A DNA stretch of 64,000 bases from Alphaproteobacteria bacterium (GTDB taxonomy: Bacteria; Pseudomonadota; Alphaproteobacteria; UBA828). Shown here in pieces: positions 1 through 8,916 of the stretch. Location: assembly GCA_963422645.2 (NCBI GenBank), contig CAXXVO010000012.1, positions 192,001-256,000 on the forward strand. The letters run 5' to 3'. Positions within the stretch are counted from its first letter, which is position 1. Every line of letters begins with the position of its first letter. The notes under the pieces were generated by a model, which was not told the DNA's origin, did not search any database, and worked only from the letters and a program-made list of their open reading frames with translations. The position numbers were made by a program, and so were the translations under genes.

Positions 1-41
1 ATCACCCCCAATAGGGGGTCACTTTTCCACGCTTAACAACA
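1..41 (-). mobile_element. Terminal inverted repeat of an IS21-family-like element; the rest lies outside the window
   Basis: Minus strand from 41 reads TGTTGTTAAGCGTGGAAAAGTGACCCCC. The TG terminus and AAAnTGACCC core resemble IS21 ends. Confidence 0.6.
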
Positions 42-199
42 ACGGCGGATGACCGCCGCTCGGGGCCCGCCGCACGCCGACAGATGAAGCGCGAGATGGG
101 CATGCCGGCGGCCTCGGCGCGCTCGCGGATGCGCTGCCATTCGGTGTCCGTGGCCATCACCGTGCGCGGGTGCCGTCCCGGGTCCGGTGCCTCTTGCAT
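42..199 (-). pseudogene. Ribbon-helix-helix (MobC/TrwA-like) protein, C-terminally truncated by the IS21-like end
   Basis: RTVMATDTEWQRIRERAEAAGMPISRFI fits the MobC-like RHH pattern. The reading frame runs into the IS end at 41. Confidence 0.55.
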
Positions 200-203
200 A
201 GTC

Positions 204-2561
204 TCAGACTTCCTGACCTCTGCTGATTTTAGGTGACACGAGCCGCGCGGATTCCGAGGCCCCGTCGATGTCGTAGACTATGCGCAGACGGGTGCCGGGG
301 AAGACCGTTTCGGTGGCGTTCAGGTCGCTCAGAACCGCATCGATCCAACGGTCGCAGGCGTCGTTTGCGAGGCCAAGAATGTGGACCCGCAGGAGGCCAT
401 TGCCAGGATCCGGCAGGATGTCGGCATCGGCGGTGAGCAGCGCTTGAAGCAGTTTCCGGGGATGGGGCTTGTGGCCCTGCGCCTGCATGACGGGAAGCAT
501 CATGCGGGTTTCGGCGCGGTAGGCGATCATCCGGATGACGTCGAGGAGGAGGCGCTCGCGCGCGGGCAAGGCATCGAGCTGCTCGGCTTCGTCGAGGTCG
601 CCGGCCCGGCAGTGCTTGGGCGTCTCCCTGCGGCTGGCCCTGACGATGTCGCGGACATCCTGGAGGTCCCTGACTTCCCTCCTGAGTTCCGCCGTCGGCT
701 GCTTCTTCCGGGCCGTGTCGGCGATGCGGTTGCGCAGGCGGCCAAGCTGGCGGTCGAGGCGATGGATTGCCTTGTCATAGGCCCGCCGCAGCGGGTTGAC
801 GACCATGGCGGCGGGATCGAGAGGCTCGAGCTCGTGGGTCGGCAGGGCGTCGAGATTGAACTCGTCACGCATGTACTTGAAGAAGTTCTCCTGCGACCAG
901 CGCGAGAACATGGCGCCCGCAACCTCAGCCATCGGCTTGTGCGGATCGGTGGTGATCAGCGGCACCTGACGGCCGTTGTCGAGCAGGCGGCGGATCTGGC
1001 GCACCCTGAAGCCGTTCGGCAACGTCACCGGCTTCTCAGCCAGCCGCATGGTGGCGCTGCCGTCCGCCGCCGGTCCGTGAATGGGAACGGTCATCGCGCC
1101 GAAGTCCTCGGCCGGCCAGTCCTCGCCCCTGAAGTTCTTGTGCCAGGTCAGGCAGGCGACGCCGCGCCTCGCCAGCCGGCGGAACAGATCCGGGCTCCAG
1201 CCCTCGCGGTCGAAGACCAGGGTGAGCGCCGGCTGGCCGGGATGCTCGGCGGTCAGGTCCGGCGCCCCGGCGCCAACGATCCCAAGCTCCTGCAGCGCCG
1301 GCACCACGTCGGCTTCGATGGCCGCGACCATCTTCGGGTCCAGCGGCTTGTGCAGACAGAGCAGCGGCTTGCCGCCCAGAGCGTTGATCCAGTAGCTGGC
1401 GCTCGCCGGCAGGCACAGCTTCTCGCGCGAGACGAAGTGCTTGGGCAAGCGCCCCTTGCGGCCGGAGTAGACCTTGACGTGCCCGTCGATGGCCAGCGTC
1501 GCCCAGAGCTCCGGCTCGTCGGCCTGCCAGCGCCTGGCAAGGGCGAGCTGCCACGCCCGCACGCCGGCCTCGTCGTCGGCGATGAGAGCGATCTTGCGGC
1601 GCAGCGTCTTGACCTCGGGGCAGCGATCGAGGCCGAGAATGGCGCCCCATTCGCCCGGCGCCTGGTAGCGCAGGCTCTCGGGGTTGCGCACCCGCGCCAA
1701 GGTCATGAAGGCCAGGAAGAGCAGGATCGTAGGCAAGCCGTAATAGCCCTTCGGCAGCAATGGCAGGAGACCGGTCTCGGAGAGAAGACCTTCCTTCAGC
1801 AGGGCCGGCAGGGCGGCGAGCACGCCGCCGAAGCGGACACCGCGGGCGGCGGCGGCGAACTGCGGTTCGACCGGCCCCGCCTGTCCACAACTGGCCAGAA
1901 CCCGAGCCGGAACATCGCAAGTCGCACGCCCCATCGGCGCCTGCCGGTCCCGCCGATCGCGCGCGCTGCGATCCGTTTGCGGCTGCGCTTCCAGCCCCGG
2001 CGCCGTCTCCGGCCCCGGGGCACCGGTACTCTCTTCATCGACACGGCCTTCAGGAGCCGCACCCGCGTCAGGCGGCGCAGCCAGCGCTGAGCGTCCGGGC
2101 TCCCCATCCGCCTCCGTGTTGCCGATCAGTCCCTGACGGCGCCACTTGTTGACCGATGGCGCTGACACGCCGAGAACCCGGGCCGCCGCAGAGCCGCTCA
2201 GGCCCGATGCCAGCAACGCCGTCGCCTTCTCCGCCAACTCCGGAGTGAACACCGACGGCCCGCGACCGCGCCGGGGCTTCATGAACCCCGCTTCGCCCTC
2301 GGCCAGGTAGCGCCGTCGTGCGCGCTGCACCGTCGCGCGCGAGACAGCGAAAGCGTCAGCCAGTTCCTGCGGCGAGACCGCGCTGATCGCCGCGAGGCGG
2401 CCGATCCGCAAGAGCATGGCCGTGCGGTCATCGGCGGCGTGGCTGTCAAAGGGAATGAGGTTGGAAAAGTAGGTGAAGGTGTCGTCCGAGATCAGGACGG
2501 CGAAGCAGCTGTTGCCGATCGAGACCGCCTCTGGAGGGCACATTGGGAGGGTACTGGGCAT
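204..2561 (-). CDS. Large DDE transposase with two N-terminal HTH segments (785 aa)
   Basis: IDGH, FDREG and RWSQENFFK motifs. The ORF fills the IR-bounded element. Confidence 0.85.
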   Translation of the reverse strand: MPSTLPMCPPEAVSIGNSCFAVLISDDTFTYFSNLIPFDSHAADDRTAMLLRIGRLAAISAVSPQELADAFAVSRATVQRARRRYLAEGEAGFMKPRRGRGPSVFTPELAEKATALLASGLSGSAAARVLGVSAPSVNKWRRQGLIGNTEADGEPGRSALAAPPDAGAAPEGRVDEESTGAPGPETAPGLEAQPQTDRSARDRRDRQAPMGRATCDVPARVLASCGQAGPVEPQFAAAARGVRFGGVLAALPALLKEGLLSETGLLPLLPKGYYGLPTILLFLAFMTLARVRNPESLRYQAPGEWGAILGLDRCPEVKTLRRKIALIADDEAGVRAWQLALARRWQADEPELWATLAIDGHVKVYSGRKGRLPKHFVSREKLCLPASASYWINALGGKPLLCLHKPLDPKMVAAIEADVVPALQELGIVGAGAPDLTAEHPGQPALTLVFDREGWSPDLFRRLARRGVACLTWHKNFRGEDWPAEDFGAMTVPIHGPAADGSATMRLAEKPVTLPNGFRVRQIRRLLDNGRQVPLITTDPHKPMAEVAGAMFSRWSQENFFKYMRDEFNLDALPTHELEPLDPAAMVVNPLRRAYDKAIHRLDRQLGRLRNRIADTARKKQPTAELRREVRDLQDVRDIVRASRRETPKHCRAGDLDEAEQLDALPARERLLLDVIRMIAYRAETRMMLPVMQAQGHKPHPRKLLQALLTADADILPDPGNGLLRVHILGLANDACDRWIDAVLSDLNATETVFPGTRLRIVYDIDGASESARLVSPKISRGQEV

Positions 2562-2715
2562 GGTTGAGACCGTGCAATTGGTATCAAATTATAATATCAG
2601 ACCTCGGGCGCGACACCCAGCGAAAAACCGCCTGAAACAACCGAAATGTATCAGAATTCAAGGAGTTCCCGGCACGCTGCCCAGAACAGCCAGCATCACG
2701 AGGTCAGGAAGTCTG
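205..2715 (-). mobile_element. Complete insertion sequence of an unclassified family (IS4/IS1634-like DDE chemistry)
   Basis: Perfect 16-bp IR CAGACTTCCTGACCTC at 205-220 and 2700-2715, with direct repeat AGTCT at 200-204 and 2716-2720. Confidence 0.9.
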
Positions 2716-3169
2716 AGTCTGTGCTACTGCTATGTGTCCTCTACGGCTCGATCACCATATAGCACACAAACCAGCACGCAATACACATGGGCATAGTATC
2801 CTGACCTCTCCATAACGCAGCTTGCCTCAACCACATCGCACACGGTCACCGCACAGTCCCCATCCACTCAGGAACCATCCCTTTGCCTAGTATATCAGCA
2901 CAGTCTACTTCCCCATATGCAACTCGAGCACCCTACGTTGCACGCAGACGCCCATGATCACGAACCTGAAAGCCCCTTGCGCCAGCTCCCAATACCTTGT
3001 AATGTGTAACTGCCCAGGTACCCCTCTCTCTTATGGAACAAGCCAGTTCCTTTTGCGTCAACGCCCCCACGCCGCGGGGGTGCCTACTCTCTTGAGCGCG
3101 AGAGGATGATGAACGCCGCGTCGCGAACAAGATGAGAGGACAGCGATACTCAGGATGAGCCGGAGAAGT

Positions 3170-4708
3170 TCAGGAGCGCAGTATAGGGATCAGCTGCATC
3201 GGTTCCGGGTGCGCCAGGATTTGCAGGATGTTCCAGCCTTGCTTTCGAGCGGTGACGATGACGCTGCGCATTCCGGCGAAGTTGCAGGCGCCTTGCAGGG
3301 AGCGGAAGCCGCCTGAGATCTTCTCATGCACTTTGTTCATACGGATGTCACGCTCCGCCTCGTTATTCGTGAACGGCGTGCGCAGGTCGGTGAGGAAGCG
3401 CAGGCAGCCCTCCTTATGCTTTTGAAGGCGGCGCGCGAGGTTGTGGCCGATGCGGCGTTTCTTTCGCCCTCGCTTTGCGATCTGGAGCGGCGGTTGGGCC
3501 TCATGGAAGGCGATGGCTTCTTCGAGGATACGGTCCCATGCCCTTGAGATGCGGGCCACCAGGGAGGCGGGGACTTGACGGTCTTTCTCACGGGCGAAGC
3601 GGGCGGCCCTGCGCGCGCGCTGAAGCAGGCGGTGCATGCTCGCCGCCCATTCCTCCTTCTCGATGTCGATCAGGGCCTGGAGTTCGCGCAGGTGATGTGC
3701 GTTGCAGGCGCCGTGGCGGACGCCCTTGATGGTGAAGTAGGGGGCGAAGTCGTCGTGGACGAGGATGCCTTTCAGGTTCTTTTCGACATCGCCGCGTCCC
3801 TCGCCGATGCGCAGGACGGTGAGCAACGGGGTGCACAGCACATGGAGCCAGCGGGTACGGGCGGCGATACGCAGGCCGGTCTCGTCGAGGTGCTTGACCG
3901 GCGCCTGCGTGCGGATCAGATCGGCGACATGGTCGAGGAAGCCCTCGAAGCGCTGCGCTGTGCGCCGGCCCATGGCGGCGATCGTGGCAGTGGAGATGGA
4001 CACCGCGAAGATGTCGCTCATGAGTTCGGCCAGACGCTTCTCGGGCACGAACTGGGCGTACAGCAGGTAACTCACCCAAGCGGTGATGCGAGGGCCGTAC
4101 TGGACCGGGGCGGTGACGCCCGGCGGGAAGGCGGCTCGTGTCAGCGTGCCGCATGCGCCGCAGAGGCAGCGATGGGCGCGGTGTTCGGTGACCTCGAGAG
4201 GCTGCGGCTCGGGTACGTCGAAGACCTGCCGACAGGCGGGCGCGCCTTGCCGGTCGGCGTCCGAGAGCTCGACGCCACAGCCGGAACAGGTGGAGGGGTG
4301 GTGATCGACGACACGGTCCGGGCTGTCGCTCCGCGCGAGGGTGGTTCCCTTGTGGCCGGGCTGGCCGCCACTGGGCCCGCCGGACTTTCCGCGCTGGCTT
4401 TGGGTGCGCCTCTGGGCTCCGCTTTTCTTCTTGAGCCCGTCGCTGGCGGGGGGCTTGCTGCTTGTGGTGCTGTTGAGGGCCGCGCTGCGCTCGAGTTCGG
4501 CGATGCGCTCGCGCAGGGCCGCGTTCTCCTGCTCGAGTGCGGCATTTTCCCGGGCGAGCGCGGTGGCTGATCGCAGCAGCCCCTGCCCCCATTCCCGGAC
4601 GGCAACGACGACAGTGGTTGCGAGGGATGATGGCTCGAGAAGCTCCTTCAGGCAGCAGAAGGCCTCGTTACGGGCGGCGAGGTCTTCGTGCCAGTGCGAC
4701 ACCGTCAC
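3170..4708 (-). CDS. tnpC: IS66 family transposase TnpC
   Basis: Coiled coil, NSTTSSKPPASD, Cys zinc finger, LDETG, VHDDF and TNNEAERDIR. The GTG start at 4708 overlaps the MTase stop (GTGA). Confidence 0.9.
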   Translation of the reverse strand: MTVSHWHEDLAARNEAFCCLKELLEPSSLATTVVVAVREWGQGLLRSATALARENAALEQENAALRERIAELERSAALNSTTSSKPPASDGLKKKSGAQRRTQSQRGKSGGPSGGQPGHKGTTLARSDSPDRVVDHHPSTCSGCGVELSDADRQGAPACRQVFDVPEPQPLEVTEHRAHRCLCGACGTLTRAAFPPGVTAPVQYGPRITAWVSYLLYAQFVPEKRLAELMSDIFAVSISTATIAAMGRRTAQRFEGFLDHVADLIRTQAPVKHLDETGLRIAARTRWLHVLCTPLLTVLRIGEGRGDVEKNLKGILVHDDFAPYFTIKGVRHGACNAHHLRELQALIDIEKEEWAASMHRLLQRARRAARFAREKDRQVPASLVARISRAWDRILEEAIAFHEAQPPLQIAKRGRKKRRIGHNLARRLQKHKEGCLRFLTDLRTPFTNNEAERDIRMNKVHEKISGGFRSLQGACNFAGMRSVIVTARKQGWNILQILAHPEPMQLIPILRS

Positions 4709-5370
4709 GTGTCTTCGGCCTCGACGGCCATCATGGCGGCGAGCACGGCGAGGCGTTCGCCCGGCGGCAAGGCCTGGTAGCGCCGGCCCCAGTTGGCTGC
4801 CTTGCGCTTGATGCGCTGGCGGTCGGTGAAGTTCCGGCCTGCGTGGCTGGCCCAATGCATCCGGTCGGGGGCGTAGTTGAACCAGACGACCTCGGTTCGC
4901 ACCAGACCCTGGGTCGTGACCTGCAGCGCCAGCCGGCGCCATCCCGCCAGCACCTCGTCATAGAGCGCCGACGGATGGCCCGAGATCATGACCTGGCAGG
5001 GCAGAGCCTTGAGCAGCGCGAGAAGCGCGACGTGGCCGGCCTCCTCGTACTCGAAGCGGTAGCGCTGCGCCGAGCGGCGGGTCGCGTGCAGATAGGGCGG
5101 ATCGCTGTAAACCAGCTCCGGGCCCAGGAACGGGAACGAGGCCAGGAAGTCATGGGCACAGCCGTGAACCAGATCGACCGGGTAGTCGCAGACGAAGGCC
5201 TCGAGCGCCTGCGCATCGCGGTCGATGCCGATCGAACGCACGGCCGGCGGCTTGCGCTTCATCAGCGCCCCGCCCCCAAGGTGGCTTTCGATGTAGACGG
5301 AGTGCGGCGGCATCAGCGCAATCAGCGCTTGGCACAGACCTGCTGTCGCCTTCGAGCCGAAATACCCCAT
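4705..5370 (-). CDS. DNA N6-adenine methyltransferase (Dam/D12-like, short, 221 aa)
   Basis: YFGSK, SAM-binding ESHLGGGA and catalytic SDPPY, in alpha-class order. Confidence 0.85.
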   Translation of the reverse strand: MGYFGSKATAGLCQALIALMPPHSVYIESHLGGGALMKRKPPAVRSIGIDRDAQALEAFVCDYPVDLVHGCAHDFLASFPFLGPELVYSDPPYLHATRRSAQRYRFEYEEAGHVALLALLKALPCQVMISGHPSALYDEVLAGWRRLALQVTTQGLVRTEVVWFNYAPDRMHWASHAGRNFTDRQRIKRKAANWGRRYQALPPGERLAVLAAMMAVEAEDT

Positions 5371-5670
5371 GGACCGCTCCCGTCACGCGAGAGAGCAGTC
5401 CATAGTCCCGCAACTCTATGAGGTCAAGAACCAATCGCGGTGGCAGAACCAGGCCGCGGCCGCCGCCATAATCACCGTCCTCAACTCAGGATTGGGGTAC
5501 CTGGGTAGTTACTGTAATGTAACTTACTATTCGGGAGAAAAAGCACTCTATAGATTTTCCAATGTAACGAACGTCTACAGTATCAAGTCTTCGCACCCCG
5601 AATCGGTTCTGAGTTCTGGACCAGTCATAAGAGCCTCGTGGCCAGGCCGCAAGCGCGCGATCAGGTGACC

Positions 5671-6414
5671 CTATTCCTTCGGTCGATCGGCTGAGGGCGC
5701 GGGGCTTTCGGCTCTCGAGTCTCCTTCGTCTTCATCCAACCTGCCCCCAAGCTTGGCGTCGGGTGGGCTGACGATGCCGCCGGAGATCACGAGCTTGACG
5801 CCTTCCTCCACGGTCATGTCCAGCGGGATGCAGTCCTTGCGCGGCACGAACAGGAGGAAGCCCGAGGTCGGGTTGGGCGTGGTCGGCAGAAACACGTTGA
5901 CCATTTCCTCCTCTGTGACCCGCTGCACCTCGCCCCGCGTGGGGCTGGTGATGAAGCCGATGACCCAGATGCCCCGGCGCGGATACTCGATCAGCACGAC
6001 TTCGCGGAAGGCGTTGGCCGACTGGGCCAGCACCGCATCGAAGATCTGCTTGAGCACACCATAGATCGTACGTACCACGGGCACGCGCGAGACCAGGTTC
6101 TCGCCGAAGCGGACCAGGAAGCGGCCGGCAACGTTGGTGAACAATGCGCCGACCACCGTGACCAGGATGAGCACGATCACGATGCCGACGCCGGGAACGT
6201 TCCGGCCCAGAACGTCAGAGGGGTTGTAGGCGTCCGGGATCAGCGGAACGACCGCGCGATCGAACACGTCGACCACCAGCCAGAGCAGCCATAGGGTGAT
6301 GCCGATCGGCGCGGTGACGACGACACCGGTGAAGAAGTACGTCCTGAGGCGTGCGAAGAGGCCGCGCTTGCGCGGCGGCTGGATCAGACGAGGGGGCGGC
6401 GTGCTCTCGTTCAT
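5671..6414 (-). CDS. DUF502 family membrane protein
   Basis: LRTYFFTG, IYGVLKQI, IEYPRRG and FLPTTPNPTSGFL motifs. ATG at 6414. Confidence 0.9.
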   Translation of the reverse strand: MNESTPPPRLIQPPRKRGLFARLRTYFFTGVVVTAPIGITLWLLWLVVDVFDRAVVPLIPDAYNPSDVLGRNVPGVGIVIVLILVTVVGALFTNVAGRFLVRFGENLVSRVPVVRTIYGVLKQIFDAVLAQSANAFREVVLIEYPRRGIWVIGFITSPTRGEVQRVTEEEMVNVFLPTTPNPTSGFLLFVPRKDCIPLDMTVEEGVKLVISGGIVSPPDAKLGGRLDEDEGDSRAESPAPSADRPKE

Positions 6415-6704
6415 CTCGGAGAGTGACGCCGGCGCCCCGGTCCCTCGGGGTGATCGAGCGTTCTCGTCATGATCCCGCGGCCCCGCTTGTACTCCCTCAT
6501 GTGTACCTGCCGCATAGCGTTGCCGCCAGATCATTCGTTGTGCGGCAATGGTGAGCGGGCCCCCTGATTCGGCCCTCTGCGGCGGCTTGGCGGGCTATGG
6601 CACGGCGCCTATCATGACGCCGGAGAGCGCACCTTCGCGTGGCCGGCGGCGCGGCCGAGGCTGCGGGCCGGAAGGGATTGCGCGCAGCAAGGGGGGAGGA
6701 GCCG

Positions 6705-7652
6705 ATGTCCAGACAACTCATCGTCGCTGCGGCCCAGATGGGCCCGGTCGCGCGCACGGAGACCCGCTCGCAAGTTATCGACCGATTGATCGCGATGCTG
6801 CACAACGCGCACCGGGCGGGCGCCACGCTCGTGGTGTTTCCGGAACTTGCACTCACCACCTTCTTTCCGCGTTGGGTCATCGACGATCCCGAGGAGCTCG
6901 AGAGCTATTTCGAGACCGAGATGCCGAACAACGAGACCCAGCCGCTCTTCGCTGCCGCGCAGGAACTGGGTATCGGATTCCACCTCGGCTACGCTGAGAT
7001 GGTCATCGAGGACGACGGTTCAAAGCGCTATTTCAACACGGCCGCCCTGGTCGATCGCGAGGGGCAGATCGCCGGGAAGTACCGCAAGGTCCATATCCCT
7101 GGTCATGCAGAGCCCCAGCCGGGCCAGATCCACCAGCATCTCGAGAAGCGCTACTTCGAGCCTGGCGACCTGGGCTTTCCCGTGTTCCGCACCATGGACG
7201 GCATCATGGGGATGTGCATCTGCAACGACCGGCGCTGGCCCGAGACCTACCGGGTGATGGGCCTTCAGGGCGTCGAGCTGGTCATGCTCGGCTACAACAC
7301 GCCGAGCACCAATCCCTTCGCCAAGGGACAGGAAGCGCCGCATCTCGGCATGTTCCACAACCACCTCTCGATGCAGGCGGGCGCCTACCAGAACGGTACC
7401 TGGGTGGTGGCGACGGCCAAGGCCGGCACGGAGGAGGGGATCCACCACATGGGCGGAAGCTGCATCATTGCGCCGACCGGTGAGATCGTGGCCCAGGCCC
7501 AGACCGAGGGCGACGAGGTGATCGTTGCGCCGATCGATCTGGAACGCGGGGTCTATATCCGCGAGACCATCTTCAACTTCGCCGCACACCGGCGGATCGA
7601 GCATTACGGACTTATCTCCAGCCGGGCCGGCGCGGAGCCGCCGCCCGCTTGA
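6705..7652 (+). CDS. N-carbamoyl-D-amino-acid hydrolase (nitrilase superfamily)
   Basis: Glu-Lys-Cys triad in FPELALTTFFPRW, YRKVH and ICNDRRWPE. GGAGG RBS. Confidence 0.85.
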   Translation: MSRQLIVAAAQMGPVARTETRSQVIDRLIAMLHNAHRAGATLVVFPELALTTFFPRWVIDDPEELESYFETEMPNNETQPLFAAAQELGIGFHLGYAEMVIEDDGSKRYFNTAALVDREGQIAGKYRKVHIPGHAEPQPGQIHQHLEKRYFEPGDLGFPVFRTMDGIMGMCICNDRRWPETYRVMGLQGVELVMLGYNTPSTNPFAKGQEAPHLGMFHNHLSMQAGAYQNGTWVVATAKAGTEEGIHHMGGSCIIAPTGEIVAQAQTEGDEVIVAPIDLERGVYIRETIFNFAAHRRIEHYGLISSRAGAEPPPA

Positions 7653-7675
7653 GTGCCGCTGGCCGGCGGGCCGCC

Positions 7676-8647
7676 TCAGAGGGTGAGGACGATCTTGCCG
7701 AAGTGAGCGTTGGCGCGCATGTGAGCCTGCGCCTCCGCCGCCTGCTCGAGCGGGAAGGTGCGATCGATGGGCAGGCTCAGCGTGCCGTCCTCCACCGCCT
7801 CCCAGATGTCGGCGCGCATGGCGGCGTTGATGGCACGCACCTCCTCCACTGAACGGGTGCGGAAGGTCACGCCGATGTAGTCGATGCGCTTCAGCGCATG
7901 CAGGTCGAAGTCGAAATCGGCGGTGAAGCCGCCGAGGCGACCCACGTTGACGATCCGCCCCAGCACCGCCGCTGCTTGCATGGTCTGGTTGGCGAGCCTG
8001 CCGGTGACCTGGTCGATGGTGAGGTCCACGCCCTTGCCGCCGGTGGCTTCGCGCGCCTGCTCAACCCAGCCGGGATCGCTTGGGTCCAGGGCGAGGTCTG
8101 CACCGAACTCGGCGAGACGGGCGCGCCTGCCGGCATCGCGCGAGGTGGCGAGCACCGTGCCCGCGCCCTTGAGGCGGGCGATCTGGATCGCCATGAGCCC
8201 CACGCCTGAACTCGCGCCCTGAATCAGGACGGACTCTCCTGCGGCGAGGCGGCCGTTGGTGATGAGTGCGTCGTGCATGGTCTGGAGCGCGATGGGGAGC
8301 GTCGCCGCCTCGACCGGATCGGACGCTGACTTGGGCACGGGGCACACCCGGCCCCAGTCGGTGACGGCGTATTCGGCGTAGCCGCCGGCGCCAGAGCACA
8401 TGACCTGATCGCCCGGCCGGAATTCCGGTACTTCGGCACCGACAGCAGCGACCTCTCCGGCCCATTCGAGGCCCGCGATCGTGCCCGCGCCGCCGAGCGC
8501 TCCGTGCGGCCGGCCTGCCGCCATGATCAGGTCCGCCCGGTTCAGGCCGCTGGCGGAGACCTTGACCAGGACCTCGTTGGGCTTGGGCTCGGGCACCGGC
8601 ACATCGCGAACCGCCAGACCTTCGTCACTAAGCACCACTGCCTTCAT
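7676..8647 (-). CDS. NADPH:quinone oxidoreductase (MDR family)
   Basis: GLNRAD, GLEWAG, GASSGVG and HFGKIVL. Confidence 0.85.
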   Translation of the reverse strand: MKAVVLSDEGLAVRDVPVPEPKPNEVLVKVSASGLNRADLIMAAGRPHGALGGAGTIAGLEWAGEVAAVGAEVPEFRPGDQVMCSGAGGYAEYAVTDWGRVCPVPKSASDPVEAATLPIALQTMHDALITNGRLAAGESVLIQGASSGVGLMAIQIARLKGAGTVLATSRDAGRRARLAEFGADLALDPSDPGWVEQAREATGGKGVDLTIDQVTGRLANQTMQAAAVLGRIVNVGRLGGFTADFDFDLHALKRIDYIGVTFRTRSVEEVRAINAAMRADIWEAVEDGTLSLPIDRTFPLEQAAEAQAHMRANAHFGKIVLTL

Positions 8648-8916
8648 GCGCCGACTCCCGCGGGGGTTCCCATCGTTGCCCCCCTTATATCCTGCGTCGT
8701 CTCAATTCGCTCGGGTTGGCACCACCTCGGGCGGGTCTCTCCCTCTGTGTGCGCGGCAGGGCTGTCGTCAGGCGCCCAAGATTGACCGACACAATGATGT
8801 GAAACATAAGTCCATAAGTGTGAGATATGCGGGTTGCCATGCAGGCGTCCGGCGCGCGCAAGGCACACTCGGCGAGAGATGACGCGTTGATGACGGGACC
8901 TGTGGATCGGCGACGG

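Larger units (their letters stand above)
3006..5512 (-). mobile_element. Complete IS66-family element (no TnpA/TnpB) carrying a DNA methyltransferase passenger
   Basis: IRs GTAACTGCCCAGGTACCCC (3006-3024) and 5494-5512 match 18/19. 8-bp TSD TGTAATGT at 2998-3005 and 5513-5520. Confidence 0.95.

Noticed and set aside
2797-2804. TATCCTG resembling the IncP/MOBP nick site
   Set aside because: Only a 7-mer, followed by A rather than a pyrimidine, and no MOBP relaxase is in the window.
4709-4942. N-terminal extension of the tracked 590-aa transposase ORF
   Set aside because: It overlaps the MTase in another frame. The coupled GTG at 4708 is the better start.
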